From Thermoproteota archaeon (GTDB lineage: Archaea > Thermoproteota > EX4484-205 > JAAOZP01), in the NCBI GenBank assembly GCA_049700215.1, contig JBNAVT010000085.1, positions 1-10,064 of the forward strand: DNA of 10,064 bases, written 5' to 3'. Numbering within the stretch: the stretch's first letter is position 1; each line of letters begins with the position of its first letter. Below are positions 1-5,984 of the stretch, piece by piece. The position numbers and the translations under genes are program-made. The notes beneath the pieces are model-generated. The model did no database searches, was not told the origin of the DNA, and was given only the letters and a program-made list of their open reading frames with translations.

Positions 1-1
1 A

Positions 2-1750
2 GCATTCGTAGGCGTTGAAAAGGCTGAGACAAGGATCACCTGGACAAGCATTGGAACGAATGAACTCTACAGCCAGATGGCGAGCGTCAGCGGGCTGCTC
101 GGAAGCGTTTTCGGACACGCTTTCGCAGAGGAGCTTGTTAAAACACTGCTGTTAAGCGGGCTGACCGACGCTCAAGTGCTGGACATAGTCAACACTTTGG
201 CGAAGAACGTTGGGTGGCTGAAGACGTTAACCAGAAGCAGCAGGGTCGATGTCATCAGAAAGATAACTGACTACGTTAAGAAGGGTAATACTGCCGAGGA
301 AGCGAGGGGGAAAGTTGAGAAGGAGAGCGAGGAGTACGTTAAGAACCTTGAGCTGGAGATACTTGAGTTCTACAACACTATCTCCGACACCATGCTTGCG
401 AACGAAGTTGAGGATCTTCTGAGACACGTTCTGAACACCCTTGGGCCGGAAGAGGCAAAGTGGCTCCTAGACCTGCTTAAGAGAATCCACAGCCAAGCTG
501 GAAACGCTGGGCTTAGGATAGCTGTAGAGAAAGCCTTCAAATATCCTGAAAGCAAGACGCAGGGATGCGCACTAGCCTCACACATAGTCGGCGAGCTGAG
601 GGAGAAAAGCACCGAGCAGGCATGGGAGGAGCTTAACAGGATAGTCAACTACCCTGACGGAATAAGATTTAGATGCAGACTTATATCTCGCGGAGACGGC
701 TTAGGATTTAGAATACCTGTAGAGTATCGGCCGTCGGTAGTTTCATATCTGGGGCATGAACCGTGCTGGATAAAATTGGAAGTAAAGGGAAGGGTTTTCT
801 ACAGAAACTATGGACCAAGCTTCGAATTCCGCCTTCCACAGAACGTTGGCGAAGTAGGCGAAGAAGTCGACATAACTATCGTTAAGATCAACACTTACGA
901 TTTCGTCAGAGACATCATTGAGAAAGCGAACGCGCCCTTCGACATATCATTCCGTTCGGGAAAATACATGCTTATTATAGGTGGAAAAGAAGTCTGCGAA
1001 ATATCCTTAGAGAAAGATTTGCATTACAGTGAGGGAGACGGTGGCCCCGCAGTCATCTTCGCCATAACAGACTATGCTGGGAGAAAGCACTCAATTAAGC
1101 TGGTTCAAACAAGTAATGATGAAAATCTGGTCAAAGTGATGATCAGCCAGTTTAGGAGAATTGCAAACATGAAATACGATGAGAAGGAAAGCAAACTCAC
1201 AATAGAATATTATAGGGGAGAAGGTGAAACCACGTCTGAGCATGAGGTCTTTTTCGAAAACCCCAAGACAGTTTTAGTAAGGATGGCTGAAGAATTGCGA
1301 GAACTTATAGGCAAGGGACTTAAGCGCGAAGCAAATGAGCTCGAAGGGGAAATTGGTGAACTTTATGCGGAGATTTATTTGAAAGAAGAGGTAATTAAGG
1401 AGAAGGCTTCTGGAATCCTAGGGATCCCGAAGGAAAGGCTCAGTATCCAGAAGGGTCATGAGAAGTGGGGGCCAGATTTCTACATTTACGGCGATGGCAA
1501 GTTGTTAATGATAATTGAGATCAAGGCCACAAGAATAAGCGATATAACGGAGCAGATGAATGATGCCATGGGTCAACTAAAAAAATATTTTACAAAAGAT
1601 AAGTGGAAAGATTACTTCATTGATATCAAATACGGAATTTCCTTAGTCATAGCATTTACGAATTTAGATAAAATTATCATATCAAACTTCTCAGAAGGCG
1701 TTGATATTATTTTCGGCGATGTAGTACTAAACCCGAACTATAAGGGTTAA
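2..1750 (+). CDS. 5'-truncated large protein with C-terminal PD-(D/E)xK (REase-fold) nuclease domain; putative polymorphic toxin A
   Basis: The frame of the 77..1750 ORF is open back to base 2 (AFVGVEKAETRITWTSIGTNELYSQM...), so the true start probably lies outside the window. A helical region (to ~660) is followed by a beta-rich region and then the motif set GEIGE (1346), GPDF (PD at 1472) and IIEIKAT (EIK at 1517), followed by QMNDAMGQL. This is the classic E...PD...ExK restriction-endonuclease-fold signature. Confidence 0.8.
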   Translation, partial: AFVGVEKAETRITWTSIGTNELYSQMASVSGLLGSVFGHAFAEELVKTLLLSGLTDAQVLDIVNTLAKNVGWLKTLTRSSRVDVIRKITDYVKKGNTAEEARGKVEKESEEYVKNLELEILEFYNTISDTMLANEVEDLLRHVLNTLGPEEAKWLLDLLKRIHSQAGNAGLRIAVEKAFKYPESKTQGCALASHIVGELREKSTEQAWEELNRIVNYPDGIRFRCRLISRGDGLGFRIPVEYRPSVVSYLGHEPCWIKLEVKGRVFYRNYGPSFEFRLPQNVGEVGEEVDITIVKINTYDFVRDIIEKANAPFDISFRSGKYMLIIGGKEVCEISLEKDLHYSEGDGGPAVIFAITDYAGRKHSIKLVQTSNDENLVKVMISQFRRIANMKYDEKESKLTIEYYRGEGETTSEHEVFFENPKTVLVRMAEELRELIGKGLKREANELEGEIGELYAEIYLKEEVIKEKASGILGIPKERLSIQKGHEKWGPDFYIYGDGKLLMIIEIKATRISDITEQMNDAMGQLKKYFTKDKWKDYFIDIKYGISLVIAFTNLDKIIISNFSEGVDIIFGDVVLNPNYKG

Positions 1751-1783
1751 CATCCTTATGGGGCTCCTCCTGTCTTCTGCAGA

Positions 1784-2539
1784 CTAATGCAACTTTACAT
1801 ATTTCCAGCCCCTTTCTTTCCTAAGCCTCTCAGCTTCATCTTGGGTAAGAACGATGAAGTAGAAATATTCATCCGGGAGCTCATAGTATTGATATCCAGT
1901 ATCCTTAATCAGCTCGTTTATCTCCTCCACAGCGGGACCCATTACGAGGTAATCGCGGTTGCAGAAAAAATCAGCGGCATGCTCCTTATTCCTGAACTTA
2001 AAAGACACCCTGATTCTAGTCCAATCTCCATAGCTAGAGTATACGTATTTCTTCACATTGGGAGGAGCTTCTCCCTCCCACTCGCTCCATTCCTCCTCCC
2101 TCAAATCTGCCGGAGTAAAAACACCCCTAGAGATCCTAGTTAGTCTCCTCATCAAGTAAATCCCAATATTCTCAGAGACAATCGTTTCTACAGCTTCAAT
2201 GAAAATTCTATTCTTATCGAAGGAGGCCAGCTCCAAATCTACTTCGTACTCGCTCCTCTTCATCCAATACTCCTTATCCCTCTCAACCCATTCCCTCAAG
2301 ATTACTCCGCGAGGCGTCTTCTTCCACACCTTCTTAATGTACTCCTCACCCTGCTCGTCCCTTGTCTCCTCCACAAACCATTGGGATTCATAATCTATCT
2401 CTCCACTGAAAATCTTGTCAAGAATCTCCTCTGAAGACAATTCGGAATAGTCTTTGAAGAACTCCATCTTCCTAAGGTACTCTATCGAATTCACGAATCG
2501 CTTCCTAAGTTCAGGATTCACCATCCTATTAATGATCAT
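1784..2539 (-). CDS. Hypothetical acidic/aromatic-rich protein, candidate immunity protein for toxin A (start may be ATG at 2524, MVNPELRK...)
   Basis: 251-aa ORF with natural composition whose stop is 33 bp from the toxin A stop (convergent). A degenerate paralogue of its N-terminus at 3468-3557 supports it being a real gene family. The immunity role is inferred only from position. Confidence 0.75.
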   Translation of the reverse strand: MIINRMVNPELRKRFVNSIEYLRKMEFFKDYSELSSEEILDKIFSGEIDYESQWFVEETRDEQGEEYIKKVWKKTPRGVILREWVERDKEYWMKRSEYEVDLELASFDKNRIFIEAVETIVSENIGIYLMRRLTRISRGVFTPADLREEEWSEWEGEAPPNVKKYVYSSYGDWTRIRVSFKFRNKEHAADFFCNRDYLVMGPAVEEINELIKDTGYQYYELPDEYFYFIVLTQDEAERLRKERGWKYVKLH

Positions 2540-2548
2540 GAAGCCGAG

Positions 2549-2556
2549 CTTTTAAG
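2549..2556 (-). promoter_or_regulatory. Possible TATA box (CTTAAAAG) for the 251-aa gene
   Basis: Lies ~25-32 nt upstream of ATG 2524, the spacing expected for a leaderless archaeal transcript. No clear BRE. Confidence 0.3.
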
Positions 2557-2672
2557 CGTAACTATTTCCTAATCTCATATGGAAGATTCTTCTCCATGAT
2601 TCAAAGTTTAGTGAGCTAATAGAGGCAAGTATAATTGATAAAAATATTTAAATAATACCGCCGGCGGGAAGA

Positions 2673-2688
2673 ATTTCGCTTTTTAAGT
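2673..2688 (-). other. tRNA intron 2 (16 nt, position 59/60, T-loop)
   Basis: Intron ACTTAAAAAGCGAAAT forms a strict BHB: central helix TTCG/CGAA, bulges AG|A and AT|T, inner stem CTT/AAG, outer T-stem GGAAG/CTTCC. Removal restores the T-loop TTCGAGT. Confidence 0.92.
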
Positions 2689-2725
2689 CTCGAACTTCCG
2701 ACCAACGGGTTAACAGCCCGCTGCT

Positions 2726-2738
2726 TTAGGCTGTTTAA
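2726..2738 (-). other. tRNA intron 1 (13 nt, position 22/23, D-arm)
   Basis: Intron TTAAACAGCCTAA forms a bulge-helix-bulge: central helix AGGT/GCCT, bulges AG|T and AA|A. Removal restores the D-stem GCTC/GAGC. Confidence 0.9.
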
Positions 2739-2792
2739 CTACCTGCTGAGCTACGCCGGCCGCCGGCTGGTTTTTATTCGGAGGAGAGGTGT

Positions 2793-2806
2793 GTTAAATA
2801 CTTTTC
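2793..2806 (-). promoter_or_regulatory. BRE + TATA box of the tRNA-Asn gene
   Basis: The minus strand reads GAAAAG-TATTTAAC, a purine-rich BRE directly followed by a TATA-like box, 33-46 nt upstream of mature tRNA position 1. This is consistent with a short 5' leader. Confidence 0.65.
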
Positions 2807-3455
2807 TGTCTTCCTAGCTTTTGAAAAGGGCGTATGAATGTGTGCTATAGGATTGGTGCCGGAATGTAATTAGTGTAGTCGGTCACGTCATAAATAGCGT
2901 TTTCATCGTGTGTTTTATCGTGGTATGTGTCCCAGTTGTGAAGCATGTCTTCTCCCACTTAGCGCGCGTGCTGAAGCTGAATCTTTCCCTTGCTTAGAGC
3001 CTTCTCGTTTACTATTCCACAAAAACACGAATGTCTTCTTGTTTGAACTTGAGTGTGAAATTAGTGCTGAGAGGTGTTCTGACATCTGACATCTAATATA
3101 TCATTGTTAATACGCGCACTAGCCAGCCATGGTGAGCCCATTATATAGGCTTGCCGTGAGCATCCTTATTCAGAGGACCGTCCTCACAGGGTTACCCCAG
3201 CCTCCGACGATCCTGTTTTTAGCGTGCATGATCATCGCTTCCATGCTCAGGGGTAACTGAAAGGGGCCATATTGCCAGGGAGGGGTTTGCCTCGTCGAGA
3301 ACCCTAGCTATACTTTTTCTTTCAAGCTCCACCCTGCCACCTGTGGGTTTGCACGCGCGCGCAAAGCATCCATGATGGTTCACCTAAACAATCTCGTCTT
3401 TATGATTCCTTTAGAGGCCGCCTCATGGAGAGCTGAATAATGCTTCCCTTTCCCA

Positions 3456-3560
3456 TTACTCTGTATTTTCCTCATCGAATATCCTTTCAAAAATCTTCTC
3501 CGAAGGCAGGTTGGAGTAGTTCTGAAAGAAGTCGGGCTTCCTAGGGTATTCTATCGAAAA
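3456..3560 (-). pseudogene. Degenerate N-terminal fragment paralogous to the 1784..2539 gene
   Basis: 3557-3468 translates SIEYPRKPDFFQNYSNLPSEKIFERIFDEE versus SIEYLRKMEFFKDYSELSSEEILDKIFSGE in the intact gene (17/30 identical, ungapped), then hits TAA at 3458-3456. Weak similarity may continue through stops and a frameshift to ~3391. Confidence 0.85.
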
Positions 3561-3652
3561 GCTACTTAGGTACGACAATTTACTATCTTCGGATGATAAT
3601 ACTTATATTTTGCTGTATAATTACAGCTGGATTGCAATGGCTTTATTGTTGA

Positions 3653-4720
3653 ATGAGGGAGAAGCGTTTAATGATTAGGGTAGACTATGATAAGAAGGTT
3701 TTAGAGATTAGGCCGTTCTCAGGCGAGGAATTGTGGAAGGCTTACCATCTTATCGACGAGGGCGACTTGGCTTCGGCGGAAACCGTGCGAATACTGAAGA
3801 TTGATGAAGGCGAGAAAAGCAGGCGCAAGGCTTTTCTGAAAATAATGGTTGAGAAGGCTGGGTTCGAAGTCTCGTCGGAAACTATTCAGCTCAGTGGAAG
3901 GGTTTTAGAATGCCCGGAGGACATGGAGGGTGTTCTCGGCCATTATCATACTCTGACTGTAGGCGTCGGGGACAGGGTTGTGGTTGAGAAGCAGGAGTTC
4001 TCCCCGATTCACAGGAGGATTCTAAGCCGGGACGTGGCCACGAAGAAGTATATTATCATAGCGATTGAGCTTGGAACCGCTACGCTAGCCGTCGTGAAGG
4101 ATTACGGGGTTGTTGAAAGCCTAGAGGTTGAGCAGGATATTCCTGGTAAAAACTTTCCCGAAGAGCGTGAGGCCCTAGCCGTAAGGTTTTTCCACGAGGT
4201 GTCAAAGACTCTTAGAAGCATCTGGATTAAAGAAGGTAAGCCGAAGATAATCCTGATAGGTCCCAGTGTTACGCGCGAAGCATTCCTGAAATTCGTGAAG
4301 GACAAGCATGGGGATATTCAAGACTCTATAGCCGGTAGCTTCCACTCCTCCGGGGGAACAATATCAGCGGTAAACGAGTTTCTGAGGAGCAACGAGATGA
4401 GGGTTGTGGCGAGGGAGTTGAAGATTGTCGACGAGATAACGGCTATAGAAAGCTTCTTTGAGAACCTGGTTAAGGAGAGGGCTGTCTACGGTCTGGAGGA
4501 AACCTGGAAGGCTGTTGAAAAGGGAGCAGTCAGCCAGCTGATAATACACGTTAAGCTGGCCTCCCAGTCAGGCTCCTTGAGGGAGAGAGTGATGGAGATG
4601 ATAAGGCTTGTTGAACAATACGGCGGGGAAGTAACCATAGTGAGCGGCAGACATGAGTCGGCGGAGAAACTCAGGAGGATCGGCGGCATAGGGGGGATTT
4701 TAAGATATAAAATATACTAG
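3653..4720 (+). CDS. pelA: mRNA surveillance / ribosome rescue protein Pelota (Dom34 homologue); start may be ATG 3671
   Basis: 355 aa with the typical archaeal pelota three-domain pattern: ELWKAYHLIDEGD..AETVR, LSGRVLECPED..LGHYHTLTV, the IPGK loop, ILIGPS, AVYGLEE..KAVEKGAV..L, and C-terminal GGEVTIVS..HE..EKL..IGGIGGILRY. It lacks the GGQ/NIKS motifs of aRF1. Confidence 0.95.
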   Translation: MREKRLMIRVDYDKKVLEIRPFSGEELWKAYHLIDEGDLASAETVRILKIDEGEKSRRKAFLKIMVEKAGFEVSSETIQLSGRVLECPEDMEGVLGHYHTLTVGVGDRVVVEKQEFSPIHRRILSRDVATKKYIIIAIELGTATLAVVKDYGVVESLEVEQDIPGKNFPEEREALAVRFFHEVSKTLRSIWIKEGKPKIILIGPSVTREAFLKFVKDKHGDIQDSIAGSFHSSGGTISAVNEFLRSNEMRVVARELKIVDEITAIESFFENLVKERAVYGLEETWKAVEKGAVSQLIIHVKLASQSGSLRERVMEMIRLVEQYGGEVTIVSGRHESAEKLRRIGGIGGILRYKIY

Positions 4721-4806
4721 CTTCTGCGGACCACTGGTATATCGTGCCATGAAACCTTTGTAGCGATACGGATAAAATCAGGAGTCGCTTATCTGCGGGG
4801 AAAGGC

Positions 4807-5148
4807 CTAATCATACGTTCCTATGCTTCTCAGAAAAAGGGTGATATCGCCTCCCAGTCCAAGCGAGTATGGTAATAATGCGATAGGGAGTTTGTCTACC
4901 GGTTCATCGTTCATTGTAATCCTAGTATTATCCGATGTTCTAGTGGGCCCAGGCATTCTCATGTATATTATGATGACCAATGCTTCTTTCAATATATATG
5001 CCAGGCATACCAGCCAAGTATCATTACTATAATGCAATATCTCCAGTACATTATTTCCGGAAATCCTTGATATTTTTCCATATAGGTCCCATATTAGAGA
5101 CTTGGTGTTAAGCTTACTCAGCCACCATGTGCGATTGAGCTCATACAT
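4807..5148 (-). CDS. Doubtful hypothetical protein or decayed gene
   Basis: 113-aa ORF filling the gap downstream of, and co-oriented with, the 5182..5913 gene. No recognisable motif. Confidence 0.25.
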   Translation of the reverse strand: MYELNRTWWLSKLNTKSLIWDLYGKISRISGNNVLEILHYSNDTWLVCLAYILKEALVIIIYMRMPGPTRTSDNTRITMNDEPVDKLPIALLPYSLGLGGDITLFLRSIGTYD

Positions 5149-5181
5149 ATACCTTGCCGAAGGCTACTGCTTAACGTAGTG

Positions 5182-5913
5182 CTACGCCTGTTTGATCGTG
5201 AACCACATCTCTACGTTGTACTTCTTATAGACCTCATAAGACTTCTTGAAGATGTTGCCGAAATGTCTTACGTATTCGCTGAGGAATGACGTATACTCAT
5301 CGACAAGTTGTTCTTCTGTCTTCTCATTAAGTTCCTTCTTACTAATGTGGTAGCGCTTCATCCACTTTTTTGCGATCTCTCTGTCCTTAGGATTGGCCTT
5401 CGAGAACAATCCCTCCTTAAGGAGAATGCCAACCTCGTCCATCACCTCTCTTAAACCGAACACATCAACTGGCCAGAGGAGACCATACGGAAGCTGGGTT
5501 ATCCTCCTGAAATACCTGTCACTCCTCACCACCGGCTTCACTTTGTCTATGAGTAAAGTCGCATAAGGGTATGTTTTCTCCATTTCCTTCTTCAGGGACT
5601 CATAGTCTTCTCGAAGACACTTCCAGCCGGATTCTTGATCGAGGCCTAGCGTCTCCATGATCCTACTTACAGAGAAATAGGACATTGAGTCAATGATGTC
5701 CGGTATGTACTTGAGACCCTTCTGAACCATTAGCCAAGTTTCGTCCATACGGTGCTCCTCCCATGGCAGCCGGGAGGAATTCCCGATCTCACCTATAAAA
5801 CCTAGATCCTCACCGATCTTTTCTTCAATTTCCCTTTCGATCATCCTTCTTTTCCTACTGCGAACCTTAGAGGAGACTAAGATGATTATGTGATACAGCA
5901 TCCTACTTACCAT
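5182..5913 (-). CDS. Hypothetical helical charged protein, candidate immunity protein for toxin B (start could be 5901 or 5844)
   Basis: 243-aa ORF with natural composition from MIERE (5844) onward. It is co-oriented with toxin B and begins 71 bp after its stop. The immunity role is inferred from position. Confidence 0.75.
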   Translation of the reverse strand: MVSRMLYHIIILVSSKVRSRKRRMIEREIEEKIGEDLGFIGEIGNSSRLPWEEHRMDETWLMVQKGLKYIPDIIDSMSYFSVSRIMETLGLDQESGWKCLREDYESLKKEMEKTYPYATLLIDKVKPVVRSDRYFRRITQLPYGLLWPVDVFGLREVMDEVGILLKEGLFSKANPKDREIAKKWMKRYHISKKELNEKTEEQLVDEYTSFLSEYVRHFGNIFKKSYEVYKKYNVEMWFTIKQA

Positions 5914-5984
5914 AAATTACTCTAACACTTATTAAGCTTACATGAAGGTCAGAGTCAAACCATATGTATGGCTCTAACTCATTC

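Larger units (their letters stand above)
2659..2760 (-). tRNA. tRNA-Asn(GTT) with two non-canonical introns; CCA not encoded
   Basis: After removing 13-nt and 16-nt introns the minus strand gives a 73-nt cloverleaf: GCCGGCG TA GCTC AGCAGGTA GAGC A GCGGG CT GTT AA CCCGT TGGTC GGAAG TTCGAGT CTTCC CGCCGGC G. It has a 7-bp acceptor stem, anticodon GTT at 2714-2712 and discriminator G at 2659. Confidence 0.96.

Noticed and set aside
1346-1750. Interpreting the PD-(D/E)xK domains as a restriction-modification system
   Set aside because: No methyltransferase, helicase/ATPase or specificity subunit is present in the window, and the nucleases sit at the extreme C-termini of large carrier-like proteins.
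2659-2700. tRNA-Asn as the attachment site of an integrated element
   Set aside because: No integrase and no second copy of the tRNA 3' end were seen within the window; this cannot be excluded outside it.
2925-3089. Small + strand ORF starting MCPSCEAC, a possible zinc-ribbon microprotein
   Set aside because: It has only one CxxC pair with no proper second knuckle, no clear promoter or RBS, and lies in apparently decayed DNA.
3191-3257. Inverted repeat GTTACCCC / GGGGTAAC
   Set aside because: Only 8 bp with a 51-nt spacer and no target-site duplication; compatible with chance, so not called a MITE or ncRNA.
3653-4720. Alternative call as peptide chain release factor aRF1
   Set aside because: There is no NIKS or GGQ motif; the N-terminal Sm-like domain motifs and the PGK loop identify Pelota.
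5953-5980. Weak hairpin (CCAT-ATGT-ATGG with flanking GAGT/ACTC) between toxin B and its downstream gene
   Set aside because: The stems are only 4 bp and interrupted, too weak to call a terminator or processing site.
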